The position numbers and the translations under genes are program-made. Of a stretch of DNA of 64,000 nt, positions 21,225-31,401 are shown piece by piece. Each line of letters begins with the position of its first letter. Positions within the stretch are counted from its first letter, which is position 1. Source of the stretch: a virus; the IMG/VR virus record IMGVR_UViG_3300009130_001466, positions 48,802 through 112,801 of that record; one strand, given 5' to 3'. The notes beneath the pieces were generated by a model. The model was not told the origin of the DNA, ran no database searches, and saw only the letters and a program-made list of their open reading frames with translations.

Positions 21225-21690
21225 CTTTTTTAGGATTCTCATGGGTATATCCCATTTTTTTCATTTTGAGATGATCCTCATAAGTTTTCGCTTCATAGCT
21301 TTTGCCAGTTTTTGGATCATACATCATGTGTGGTTTGAAGTCTTTTTCTGCCGCTTCAGATTTAACATTCTTTCCTTCTTTTTTCATTTTTTCAAGGATT
21401 GCTTTTTGCAAGGGCTTTGGAAGTTTCTTTTGGCTGTCTGTTAGTCCTGCTTCTCCCACCTCGTTCATCATAGCTCTCATCTTGTCATACTGCATTGAGC
21501 AGGCTGCGTATGTTTCTTTATCTCCCATTTCTGCTGTATCAATGAGAGCTTTATCATCCATAGCGCAAACACTCATGTATGATTTATACATAGCTTCCTC
21601 TATTTTACTATATTTTTTAGCAATCGAGATTTCTATATCTCCGTTAGAGCGATCTATATTCGCTACAAGTGGATTTTTAATTTCTTTCAT
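21217..21690 (-). CDS. hypothetical head-module protein
   Basis: ORF overlapping the portal and protease genes. Confidence 0.6.
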   Translation of the reverse strand: MKEIKNPLVANIDRSNGDIEISIAKKYSKIEEAMYKSYMSVCAMDDKALIDTAEMGDKETYAACSMQYDKMRAMMNEVGEAGLTDSQKKLPKPLQKAILEKMKKEGKNVKSEAAEKDFKPHMMYDPKTGKSYEAKTYEDHLKMKKMGYTHENPKKDA

Positions 21691-23629
21691 TTGAGTGGTA
21701 TAAAATTGCTGATGGATAAAATTCTAATTTATGTGCATTTGAAACCTCAAAAACACCATCAAGCGTTCCTAATTTTTCAATCTCGGCAAAATTATTTACA
21801 CAAGAAATCATAACTTCTTGCCAATTTTCTTTTTCCGAAGAGGAAACAACAGATTCGCAGAGCTTGCTTAACATTTTGCTCTGATCTTCATTTAAGGATT
21901 CTACCCCAAGTTTTTCTAACATTTTTTCTTTTGCAATAGAATTCAATGCTTCGATTTCATAAATAGTTCCCTGAATACTTTCCCTAGAAAACTTATCCCC
22001 AGAACCTTCTGGGCGGCCAGGCATCGCCTTTGTTGGTTTTTCTCCTGACTGTTCTCCTTCTTCGGGTTCTATCATTGGCACACCACCAACAACTGGATTA
22101 AAATACCCCTTTTCTCTTTGTTCTACGAATTTTTCTTGAGCGCTCTCCAACTCTTCAGCGAGAGGAAATCTGCCAGTATGAAAAAGCGTCATACCTTGTT
22201 CTGCCGTCACAATACCAAGTTCCATAAGCCTGGTGGCTATGCGCATAAGTTGTGTTTCATCGCGGAGATCGATGTCCTTAAATTTAACAGTTGGGTATTG
22301 TCTGAATCCCAAATCTTTTGCAATACGACGAATTTCTGGTTGAAGAAAGTCATGAATAAAAGCTTCGCGAGCTTCTTTAAGTCTATCAAGAAAAACGCGA
22401 GCCTTAATTTGGGCGCCACTATACTTATCTTCATTAAGAATAATATTTTGTAAACCTTCTTTAATATCTTTATTGATTACTTCGTATTTTCCTGGACCAA
22501 CAACCTTGTTGATGTCTGGTATAATGAAATCCGCCTTAGTTGTATAGTCTGACACGAGAACGCGTCCAACAGATTCATTCTGAAAGAGCGTTTGCATAGC
22601 CTTAACATTATTTGCATTGATGCCTCCTTTATCTGGCTCCGCCCCCATGGTGATCATAAGAATTACATTTTCGACGGTTCTCATGATTGCTTGATCCATT
22701 TTTTTCATTTCCATTTTTGCATTAATGTCCTCAAGAACAGGATAACCAAAAGGAATGGCAAATGGTTCATAATCTTGCTTTTTGTAGAAGCTGTATGCAA
22801 GCCTATTATTCTCTAGATTAATCTGAAGTCCGTCCTTAAAATATGATCCATCTTTAATGGCTTTCTGATCTTCTGGGTCTAGCGCCTCAAAAACTGCTTT
22901 ATCGTAATCATTTTTAGGATTGGCGAGCCTTTCCATATCAAACTCGGAAAGAATTTTTGCGTAAGCTCCATCTTTTGTATTAAATACAGCACTACGCTTT
23001 GCCACAATCTCAAAGGGATTTAAAACAATGTATTTTAGCGGGAATTTATTTTCTTTGGGTGAACCCTCTACAATTTTAGAAAATTTCTTAAAATCATTAA
23101 GGTCAAATTTGCCATCTAATCTATAAAGAAAAATATTTCCACTTCTATAGTATTCTCTAAAATACTGATCCTTTAAATCCCACAGCTTTATTCTGTCGAA
23201 AAGTTTCATGAAGAAGTCCCTAGATGTCGCATTTCCGCCCTCAAGATAAACTTCAGCATTTGCAAATTCTGACATCATATCAATTGTATTTCTAAAAATA
23301 GGAACATTAGCGTAAGCTTTTTGGCAAAGTTCAATTGCTTCTCTTACATTGATTCCATCAGACGATATCTCGTAAGGTAAAAGTCCAGCACGAATTTGAC
23401 TAAATTTATTAAGCGGGGCCGTAACAGAAGATCTATTTATTCTTGTGCTGGTATTAGACGATGAGAGGTTACTCACAGAACCAGACCGACTGTACGACCC
23501 CAGGGAAGTATGATAAGATTCGCCAGCAGTTGCTGGCTCAACAGCCTCTTGCGCTTGCGATACTTGCGGGGCAGCTTTTTGAAATTTATTCCAATAATCC
23601 GATTTTTTATTGTATTTTCTTTTGGACAT
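21677..23629 (-). CDS. portal protein
   Basis: 650 aa directly after the terminase; FREYYRSGNIFLY, YEPFAIPFGYPVL. Confidence 0.8.
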   Translation of the reverse strand: MSKRKYNKKSDYWNKFQKAAPQVSQAQEAVEPATAGESYHTSLGSYSRSGSVSNLSSSNTSTRINRSSVTAPLNKFSQIRAGLLPYEISSDGINVREAIELCQKAYANVPIFRNTIDMMSEFANAEVYLEGGNATSRDFFMKLFDRIKLWDLKDQYFREYYRSGNIFLYRLDGKFDLNDFKKFSKIVEGSPKENKFPLKYIVLNPFEIVAKRSAVFNTKDGAYAKILSEFDMERLANPKNDYDKAVFEALDPEDQKAIKDGSYFKDGLQINLENNRLAYSFYKKQDYEPFAIPFGYPVLEDINAKMEMKKMDQAIMRTVENVILMITMGAEPDKGGINANNVKAMQTLFQNESVGRVLVSDYTTKADFIIPDINKVVGPGKYEVINKDIKEGLQNIILNEDKYSGAQIKARVFLDRLKEAREAFIHDFLQPEIRRIAKDLGFRQYPTVKFKDIDLRDETQLMRIATRLMELGIVTAEQGMTLFHTGRFPLAEELESAQEKFVEQREKGYFNPVVGGVPMIEPEEGEQSGEKPTKAMPGRPEGSGDKFSRESIQGTIYEIEALNSIAKEKMLEKLGVESLNEDQSKMLSKLCESVVSSSEKENWQEVMISCVNNFAEIEKLGTLDGVFEVSNAHKLEFYPSAILYHSNERN

Positions 23630-23679
23630 AACTTATTATAAAGTTGTTTACACTTTTTAAAAGTTACTTTTAAACTTTT

Positions 23680-25530
23680 TTAAATAAACATTGGAGTAAA
23701 ACCCGAATGAGATTCTTCTGGTATATTGATCATATCGTAATAAATATTCATTCCCCAATTCCCCAAAACCAAAGCAGAGTAAGAGTCTTTTCTTGGTCTA
23801 TCTACACCCTTTTGCCTTTTAAGGTTACTTGGTAGGTCAAAGCTCTGAGTGCCTCCAGCCGAGCTAGTTACTTGGATTAAAGCGCATTCTGCTTTTGTTA
23901 AATCAATCATATCTTTCTGGTGCTCGATAAATTCAATCATTTTTGCGCCGTTATTTTTTTCGTCTTCATATTTAGAAAACTTTAATTCCTTTATTGGTAT
24001 TTTTTTAGCTTTTTGTATAGAATAATTGTCGTCCATAGCTGTTGCTGCAAAGTACAATTTCTTTCTATCGAAAGCTGTTTGTAACATTTCGTTACCATTT
24101 CTAATCCAAACCGATGTTGGTTTTCTTAAATAACAGATGGTTTTATTAGAAACATTATAGCTTCTTCTAGCTTCTTTGAGATCTTTAATGTAATCGTGAG
24201 GGTTGTCCAATCCTGCATCAAATACACCTATCTCCAGCTTGTCTCTTTTAAATAAATCACTCTCGTTGCATGAATTTATAAACTGGACACCGCCATTATA
24301 GTCTCCCACGATCATAATAACATTAAAATGATCCATAAGATACTTAAAATAAGTCATGTGTTTCTTTAAGTTTGTCCCAGGCAGAGCATAACTATGTACA
24401 ATAACACCTTTCTTTTCTTCTGGTATTAACTTTATTAATTGTATAGCAAAATCATCAGAAGCTTCAGATTCAGACCACGATGGGTCAAAGGCTAGTATAT
24501 ATTCCGAACCCTCTTCTCCAGCAACCTCAACCGCTGGAGATTCGCCATCCTCGATTGTGCATTCAGCCATCTTGCTAATCTTAAAATAACCAGCACTGTC
24601 ATCGGTAAATTGAGCATTAAACTCTCTATCGATTTGAGACTGGCTCATAGTACCTCTTGCTTGAGAAATCAAATTTTCATCATATAAGGCTTTGGGCGCA
24701 CAATCATAACTAAACTGCATTATGCATCTCCTGCCTTCGTTTTTTGCTCCAGGATTAAAGACCATATTTTCGTATGCTTGATACATTTTGTATAGGTATT
24801 CAAATTTATATGAAGCAGAAGATAAGCCAATCATTTTATTTGAAGGCCACTCTGTTCTTTCTTCTTCTGTCATTTTGCCAGCCTCAATCATGGCGTCTTC
24901 GGCGTCTTTAATTTTTTGCCTTTCCGTTGGGTTTTCAACAACGGCAAGGAACGGCATAATAACTTCGTTTAAAACCTTTTCTGGCATAAGTAGAAGCTCA
25001 TCAATAATGATTCGTTGAAAACGAAAACCACGAAGTTTTTCACCGTCACCAAGAGGTAAAGCAGTAATACGACTCTTGCCAATCTGCATAGACCATTCAT
25101 CGTTAGACTTACTTACCTTGCCTATACATTGTTTAAACAGCTCAGCTTTAGCGTCTTGCGATATATCTTCTATCTTACGGAAGATCATTTTAGACTGCCT
25201 AAATGATTTTGAAATGATCCCAATATGAACGCCTTGGTTCATCATTGCGTCCAGCAATGCGAAAATACCAGTCGAGAATGATTTCGACATACCACGAGAC
25301 CAGATGCCCAAAAAGTAATCATTCTCCATCATAGCTTTTACCGCCATGTGCTGAAACGGAAATAACTCTATACCAGTGAGCAATTCTGTCGTGAAGGTCA
25401 CATTTTCTTTGAGGAATTTATACAACCAGATTTTTGCTTGCGTATCCTCTAGATAACCCTCAAGATCCATAACTTGTTGATTGATCGGTTCTTTTTTTAA
25501 GCGTTTTTGATTCCCTATGTCCCAACTCAT
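23680..25530 (-). CDS. terL: terminase large subunit
   Basis: Q-motif FPFQ, Walker A-like SRGMSKS, LRGFRFQRIIIDE Walker B, SSA coupling motif, nuclease LAFDP...D...KDSYSA. Confidence 0.92.
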   Translation of the reverse strand: MSWDIGNQKRLKKEPINQQVMDLEGYLEDTQAKIWLYKFLKENVTFTTELLTGIELFPFQHMAVKAMMENDYFLGIWSRGMSKSFSTGIFALLDAMMNQGVHIGIISKSFRQSKMIFRKIEDISQDAKAELFKQCIGKVSKSNDEWSMQIGKSRITALPLGDGEKLRGFRFQRIIIDELLLMPEKVLNEVIMPFLAVVENPTERQKIKDAEDAMIEAGKMTEEERTEWPSNKMIGLSSASYKFEYLYKMYQAYENMVFNPGAKNEGRRCIMQFSYDCAPKALYDENLISQARGTMSQSQIDREFNAQFTDDSAGYFKISKMAECTIEDGESPAVEVAGEEGSEYILAFDPSWSESEASDDFAIQLIKLIPEEKKGVIVHSYALPGTNLKKHMTYFKYLMDHFNVIMIVGDYNGGVQFINSCNESDLFKRDKLEIGVFDAGLDNPHDYIKDLKEARRSYNVSNKTICYLRKPTSVWIRNGNEMLQTAFDRKKLYFAATAMDDNYSIQKAKKIPIKELKFSKYEDEKNNGAKMIEFIEHQKDMIDLTKAECALIQVTSSAGGTQSFDLPSNLKRQKGVDRPRKDSYSALVLGNWGMNIYYDMINIPEESHSGFTPMFI

Positions 25531-26444
25531 TTTTCTTCCTTATCTAAAAAATATTGCACGTCTACGTTCCACAACTTATTACCCAAAGAAAGTATTTTAG
25601 GTATTAATTCTTCACTATGTTTTCTGCTGTTTGTAAAAATAAATTGACAATGTCCAGCGAATTCGTGTTGAACAGAAATTAAATTAGAGAAGACCCAGCC
25701 CAGTTTTGGGGCCCGCCTTCCTTTAGTAAAGATAGCTTCTTTTTCTATGGCTTTAATTGATTTTTCTACAACAATATACATATAACTATCAAGCTCCACA
25801 CATCTCTGCATTTCTCTTCTGAATCTATCTACTTGACCCCCAAACGTTGATAAAAAATCTCCAGCACTTTTTCTGTCTACAAATGTATTGGAAAAATCAT
25901 TTCCGCCCAGCGTATAATCTCCAAAATCTAATTTTAAAATTTGAGACTTAGGAAATTCTAATGGTTGTTGTTCTCTTGTGTCTACCAAAACCTCGACATC
26001 TACATCTTGTTCAAATTCCTTTGGCATACCCTTGTAAAAAATTGGCTTAGCGCCCATAAGCTCGCAGGCTTTTGTGTATGTCCCAAAGTGTTTTTTGTAT
26101 AGATCTAAGTCAGGTAATTGCCTTTTAGTTAGTTCTAAATAAAATGGAGCATGAGTATATTTTTTTTGTTTTATCCTTCTTTTTGCCAACTCTAATATAT
26201 AATCCCTTACTTCTGAATCTGGCGCAGATAGACACCACTTTACAAGCTGCGATCGGTTGATAAAATCATTTTCGAAGTATTCATCTTTTTTCTTAAAGGG
26301 CAACGGGTTGCCATTTAACTTATTAAATCGCGGATAATGTTTCACATAGTAGTCAGCCACGTACATCTTATGCGCTTTAAGATGCGCATGAAGACTTTTC
26401 TCCGTTTCGAACTCAACCCCGCATTCTTTGCATTTATAAGACAT
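25527..26444 (-). CDS. C2H2 zinc finger plus ERCC4 (XPF/Mus81-type) nuclease
   Basis: YKCKECGVEFETEKSLHAHLKAH; VDTREQ, GDY, VDRKSAGDF, RFRRE, IVVE. Confidence 0.8.
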   Translation of the reverse strand: MSYKCKECGVEFETEKSLHAHLKAHKMYVADYYVKHYPRFNKLNGNPLPFKKKDEYFENDFINRSQLVKWCLSAPDSEVRDYILELAKRRIKQKKYTHAPFYLELTKRQLPDLDLYKKHFGTYTKACELMGAKPIFYKGMPKEFEQDVDVEVLVDTREQQPLEFPKSQILKLDFGDYTLGGNDFSNTFVDRKSAGDFLSTFGGQVDRFRREMQRCVELDSYMYIVVEKSIKAIEKEAIFTKGRRAPKLGWVFSNLISVQHEFAGHCQFIFTNSRKHSEELIPKILSLGNKLWNVDVQYFLDKEEK

Positions 26445-27480
26445 CTTCAATACCAATCCCCAGGACTCTAGCTTTCCAGGCAGCCATGCCTTCTAAGCGC
26501 TCTGCCTCTTTCTTAATAACTTGCTTCTGCATATCTGCTATACGCACCATATTTTTTCTTTCCTCTTCTTCTTGAAATAATTGCACAATAGCCAAGAAGG
26601 ACGCCGTATCCTTCTGCTTGCTGGCTAGTCTAGCTCCTCGGTCACCCTGAAGCTTTTTTGTGAGATTCTCAATTCGCGTTTCGCACTGATGGTACTCAGA
26701 GCTTTTAGCCTTTATAATCTCGGCTAGACGAACAGTCATTTCATCTTGGTCGTCTGCGCTTTCAAACATATCGTTTAGTTTCTGCAGGTGCCCAGTAATC
26801 AATTCAAGATTAATAATCTCTTTGGCGACGTTCATGTATAGATTAAGTTCATCTGCCGTAAGATCTGGTTTGTCCCAAGTTAACCTAATAAATTCTTGCT
26901 CAAACAACTCCTTGTCTCTTGGGCTAGTATAGTTATTTACAATAGCTACGAATCGTGAATTGGACAAGTTGATTCTTAATTTGTCACAACAAGCGTGCTG
27001 GTTTCGCGACATCTTAGCTTCTTCTAGACCATATCCAGTTGAGTCGTTGATTTTTTTGATTATTCTAGAAATCGCCTGAGGAGCAATATAATTTCCAGCA
27101 GAATCCTGCCCTTTATCCTTTTCCTCTTCTTTATCTTGGTTGATTATCTCATTTACAGAGCGCCATTCTTTGGATAATCTGGTTATTTTAGTCTCAAATA
27201 TAATATCAGCTATTTCTGAAGTATTTAATTTGTCTTTTTTTAATTCTTCGATTTTTTCTAACTGCTCTTCAGAAAAAGATATTTCTTTTATCTTTTCGCG
27301 TTTTGTTGTTTTTGCCTTTAGACCATTTTTGGCTAAAAATTTACTAACACTACGTCCTTCTTTTGATCTCCCATCAAGCTCGTCATCATTAAATACCTTT
27401 TTTGTAATGTTGATTATATTCGGATCGTCTTCGAACATATTTAGGATAAATTCTTTTTGATCGTCTGTTAATTGAATCAT
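26434..27480 (-). CDS. helical protein, possible terminase small subunit
   Basis: N-terminal HTH-like segments and C-terminal coiled coil, upstream of terL. Confidence 0.4.
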   Translation of the reverse strand: MIQLTDDQKEFILNMFEDDPNIINITKKVFNDDELDGRSKEGRSVSKFLAKNGLKAKTTKREKIKEISFSEEQLEKIEELKKDKLNTSEIADIIFETKITRLSKEWRSVNEIINQDKEEEKDKGQDSAGNYIAPQAISRIIKKINDSTGYGLEEAKMSRNQHACCDKLRINLSNSRFVAIVNNYTSPRDKELFEQEFIRLTWDKPDLTADELNLYMNVAKEIINLELITGHLQKLNDMFESADDQDEMTVRLAEIIKAKSSEYHQCETRIENLTKKLQGDRGARLASKQKDTASFLAIVQLFQEEEERKNMVRIADMQKQVIKKEAERLEGMAAWKARVLGIGIEDVL

Positions 27481-28148
27481 ATAATATCCTTATTTTTAAT
27501 AATTTTCTTAGCTTTGTCTTGAAAAATTTTTTTCAAATTTTTGATTTGCTTATATCCCGCCGACCTCTTTTTTTCTGTTGTTTTGAAGCCTAAAAATTTT
27601 GCGACATCTTCTTCAGATTTGTTTTGAATAAAGAGCATCTTAAAAGCTGTAAACTGCCTTGGCGTAAGCTCTTCCTCGATTTCACTCGAAAGCTTGCGCG
27701 TCGCTAACTCTAGATCAAGAAATTCATCTTTTCTTTCATAAACCTCGTGAGTGTGATGCTCTATTGTAACGGCGAGCTTAATATCATAAGCAGCTTTTTT
27801 CTTTCGCTCCCAGTCTTTATATTCTGTGCAATGGTTATCCTGCATTCCGCTTTTTGTTTTACTGCAGCCATCTCCTCCAAGATTATACTTGCACCTCAAA
27901 CATGGTCTGGCATAATTGCCGTAATGATTTCGGAGCAAGTTTTTAAATTGATTCGATACAACTCTACTTAACCAAGGTTCGATTGGTTTCGATTGATTCC
28001 ATAAATGCCACTTTTTATGTATATGACACATAATAGTTTGCTTGATGTCGTCGTAATCAATATAAGCTAAGGCATCTAAATCCCATTTTGATCTCTTACG
28101 TTCTAAGGCTGTTTCTATTTCCTTGAGCTTGTCTTCGAAACTGTACAT
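27477..28148 (-). CDS. phage sigma70/ECF-like sigma factor with a Cys-rich insert (candidate late sigma)
   Basis: Region 2-like DDIKQ...W...PIEPWLSRVVSNQFKNLLRN; region 4-like LTPRQFTAF...SEEDVAKFLG. Confidence 0.75.
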   Translation of the reverse strand: MYSFEDKLKEIETALERKRSKWDLDALAYIDYDDIKQTIMCHIHKKWHLWNQSKPIEPWLSRVVSNQFKNLLRNHYGNYARPCLRCKYNLGGDGCSKTKSGMQDNHCTEYKDWERKKKAAYDIKLAVTIEHHTHEVYERKDEFLDLELATRKLSSEIEEELTPRQFTAFKMLFIQNKSEEDVAKFLGFKTTEKKRSAGYKQIKNLKKIFQDKAKKIIKNKDII

Positions 28149-28462
28149 TATAAATCATTAATGTCTCTAACTATTCTCCTCTTTCTGCTTAAGGGGCGTT
28201 TGCCAGCAAGAGAACCCATTGTTTGTTGCGCGTCTGCGCCAAAAGTATCGATTTCGTATTCAAGCTTTGTGATACGAGGTACAGATTCTGCATCTGTCTC
28301 ATCTTCACTTAGAGCTTCAATTTTTTTCACTTTTCTGTTGATTGGTAAATCTTCGTTTGCATAAGATGAGCCAAACGGACTTCCACAATCAGAACAAAAC
28401 TTGGGCGGGCTGAATTTATATTCAACCTTCTTACCGCAATCTGTACAAAACTTAATAGCCAT
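28148..28462 (-). CDS. zinc-ribbon protein
   Basis: FCTDCG...KFCSDCG. Confidence 0.7.
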   Translation of the reverse strand: MAIKFCTDCGKKVEYKFSPPKFCSDCGSPFGSSYANEDLPINRKVKKIEALSEDETDAESVPRITKLEYEIDTFGADAQQTMGSLAGKRPLSRKRRIVRDINDL

Positions 28463-28481
28463 AAATTATTATAAATTTATT

Positions 28482-29174
28482 TTAATTATTCTCAAGTTTA
28501 GATACGATAAATTTTACAATTTTACTTCTCTTTATGTCTTCTGTGGTGAATTGTTTGCATATGACTCCATTTTCCACAGAGTCTTCGTTGTCAAACGTTT
28601 TGAAAATTTCAGTAAAGCCACTATTATTAATATCGCTTTGCATAATGTCTCCGCATATAATTATTTTTGAATCCTCTCCTATTCTTGTTAAAACAGTCAC
28701 TAATTCACCATAAGAGAAGTTTTGAGCCTCATCAATTATTACAATTGTATCGTCCCAGTTCGCGCCCCTTACATAATTAACAGGTATGCAATCAAACATA
28801 TTTTTTTCTCTTAAAATTTTAATGTCAGAAGTATCAAGCATTTCATCGAGCTTATCATAAAATGGACCCGCAAAAACTGCAAACTTTTCTTCTAAAGACC
28901 CTGGCAGCGCACCCATGCTTCTCTGCGCGCTCTCAGCTATGCTTCTGATATATAGAATACCTTTTTCAAGGTTAGAGTCCATCATGACCTGTAAAGCCGA
29001 ATATACAGCCATATAGGTCTTTGCGGTGCCAGCGGGACCAGATAAAAACAATAATTTTGAATCTGGGTCAAGTGCTGTTTTTAGAAAATCAATTTGATTT
29101 TCAGTAAATTTAAATTTACGCTCTTTGAATCTTAGTTTATGATTCAATTGTTTGAATTCAAGCTTGTTAGACAT
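28482..29174 (-). CDS. phoH: PhoH-like ATPase
   Basis: GPAGTAKT, GALPGSLEEK, RGANW, IIDEAQN, TRIGEDSK, GDIMQSD. Confidence 0.92.
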   Translation of the reverse strand: MSNKLEFKQLNHKLRFKERKFKFTENQIDFLKTALDPDSKLLFLSGPAGTAKTYMAVYSALQVMMDSNLEKGILYIRSIAESAQRSMGALPGSLEEKFAVFAGPFYDKLDEMLDTSDIKILREKNMFDCIPVNYVRGANWDDTIVIIDEAQNFSYGELVTVLTRIGEDSKIIICGDIMQSDINNSGFTEIFKTFDNEDSVENGVICKQFTTEDIKRSKIVKFIVSKLENN

Positions 29175-29191
29175 TCAAAACTTATTACACT

Positions 29192-30073
29192 TTAAGATAT
29201 CTTTTTTACCGCCCAAGCGTGAATTCTTGGTCTTAAAGATTGGAATGCATTGTAAAAAAATAAAGAATCTGGCAAAGCTAAAGCGCTTGCATCTTTGTTC
29301 CAAACAAATCCTGTTGATGTATTATAGTGTAAATCTGGGTATTGATATTCTCCTATACCATTTATTATATTTTTTAAATTTTCTATACTTGGATCCTCTA
29401 TTCTATTATATAGCAAGCTGTTTCTAGAACCAGGCACAGAAGATATATCATACTGTGAGGCTTTAAAACTGATCAACTGATCGCTCTGTCCTTTATTTAA
29501 AACCTTATAGTTAAGACCCCAATAGGAGCAAAAATAATCTTCTTTATGTGGATATGCGAAGGTGGTAGAAGTTCCTGTTGTTCCTACTATATTAAAATTT
29601 CCTTGACTTTCAGTTATTTCTCTCTCCTCTAACTCTTGACCCTGGTAACTTGAAAAAAATTTATTATCACCTAGGGTGGAGCCGCCATAATCAGGGTGCG
29701 TCATTTTATTGTAGGCATAGGTACTAGTATTGTTTAAAAACGCATATCTAGATTGAGTACCAATAAAGCCGCTATTATTTGTAGATAATGGCAAAGAGTT
29801 TTGATCTTGCTCTTTAATTAATCCTAAATAAGTAAAAGTATCATTTGTTGTCCCGCCAGCGTCAATCGTGGTTGAGGTTGGAGTACCTTTATTTTCGTTT
29901 CCTACTCCTGTTTGCACAAAACTAACAAACATACCTATTTTTATTTCTTCCCAATCGCTACCAAATGTAAATGGGACTTGGTAAGCATAATTCGGTTCAA
30001 TAAGTAAGCTTTTGTCCGTGCCTCCCTGAAAAGCACTATCTATTGTTTTTTCGTATATAAATCCACCAGCCAT
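29192..30073 (-). CDS. hypothetical virion protein
   Basis: GTGTAA-N8-ATG; Thr/Gly/Asn-rich. Confidence 0.55.
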   Translation of the reverse strand: MAGGFIYEKTIDSAFQGGTDKSLLIEPNYAYQVPFTFGSDWEEIKIGMFVSFVQTGVGNENKGTPTSTTIDAGGTTNDTFTYLGLIKEQDQNSLPLSTNNSGFIGTQSRYAFLNNTSTYAYNKMTHPDYGGSTLGDNKFFSSYQGQELEEREITESQGNFNIVGTTGTSTTFAYPHKEDYFCSYWGLNYKVLNKGQSDQLISFKASQYDISSVPGSRNSLLYNRIEDPSIENLKNIINGIGEYQYPDLHYNTSTGFVWNKDASALALPDSLFFYNAFQSLRPRIHAWAVKKIS

Positions 30074-30090
30074 AATACTTATTACACTTT

Positions 30091-31401
30091 TTAAAATTGA
30101 TTTAAATCTTGATTTGTTTCTCCAGTGCTTATATTTTCGAAATCGACTTCGTTTTCGTAATAAATATCAATAAAACTTAATAATTCTTCATCTGTTTGTC
30201 CAGTATTTTCGTTTTCAAAATCAGTTTGACTTTCATAGTATGTGTCAATATGGGCTTTTATGTTTGCAGCATATGTACCTAGAATCTTAAGCTCAAAATC
30301 TTCTCCAGTTTTTGGTTCTCTTGTTACTATTTCACGTAGCCATAAATTGAAATTAGTTTGACCTGCTTCTCTATCTTCAAAGTCAACTTGGTTTGCATAA
30401 AAAGTGCCATTTAATCTAAATAAAGCAGTATTAAGATTTTCTTCTAATTGGGATAAATGTTCTGCACAAGTATTGAATTCCGATGGGGTTGGTAGAGAGC
30501 CAGTTACTTTTTTAATTGTTGAATAGGCGCTGTACTCATTAGATAGTTGAACAACTTCTCCAGCTCTAGAATCTAATGTTTGATTTGTTAGTGCACTTTT
30601 TTCAAATTGAAAAGAATTTAATGCACAAGTACCCATCGAAAAATCTAAGTCATCTAAAGTTATGCCGCTAGATTTTATATCCTTTATTATTGATTGTATT
30701 TCAGAAATTCTATTGATGCTTGATTCGTTTTCTTTTGGAGAAAAGATTATATCTATTTTTTTATTAAATTTATCTTCCTCAATTAACCCTGTGACATCTT
30801 CTACTTCTTGCTCCAGCATTTCTATATTAGCATTTATTTTATGAACTACTGGAGAAAATATATTGACATTTGAATAATTTATGCTGCCAATATTGTTTGT
30901 GGGTTTTACATCAAATGAAGCTTCATAATTTAAAGATTTTATAGCAGAATTTTTACCATCTAGATTAAGAGAAAAAATAGAAGGGGTCATATCTAACGCC
31001 TCGAAATCAGCAGAGGCTGTTAAAAGTTTTAAATTGGTAGTGGGTTTCATGTCTCCAAAAATTTGAAGTGTCACGTTTATTTCCCCAAAACCATTTGAAT
31101 CTAAATTCAAACCATAACTAGAAATAGCCGCATTAGTGAAATCTATTGCATTATTTTTGTATACAAATTGCCCAGATAAGTTAGTCGCCCCAGTTAATGA
31201 TTGCAGATAGTCCTTGCCATTATAAGGTTTAGAAAAACTACAAGTCGTTGTCGGCGGCTTATAAATTTTTCTGTTTATTCCTTTGTTTGCGAGTAGCTTT
31301 GTAGCCCCTTCCTGATTGGTCGATTGGAAAGATATGTTACTTATTCCAGTTAGTAATACATCTTGCAGTATTACATAGCTCTCTTCTGATCCATTAAACA
31401 T
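30091..31401 (-). CDS. tail-tube-like protein with four C-terminal DFE-x4-G repeats
   Basis: Paralogue of 31394..32182 (MFNGSEE vs MFVGSED; LSGQFVY; IFGDxKPT). Confidence 0.55.
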   Translation of the reverse strand: MFNGSEESYVILQDVLLTGISNISFQSTNQEGATKLLANKGINRKIYKPPTTTCSFSKPYNGKDYLQSLTGATNLSGQFVYKNNAIDFTNAAISSYGLNLDSNGFGEINVTLQIFGDMKPTTNLKLLTASADFEALDMTPSIFSLNLDGKNSAIKSLNYEASFDVKPTNNIGSINYSNVNIFSPVVHKINANIEMLEQEVEDVTGLIEEDKFNKKIDIIFSPKENESSINRISEIQSIIKDIKSSGITLDDLDFSMGTCALNSFQFEKSALTNQTLDSRAGEVVQLSNEYSAYSTIKKVTGSLPTPSEFNTCAEHLSQLEENLNTALFRLNGTFYANQVDFEDREAGQTNFNLWLREIVTREPKTGEDFELKILGTYAANIKAHIDTYYESQTDFENENTGQTDEELLSFIDIYYENEVDFENISTGETNQDLNQF

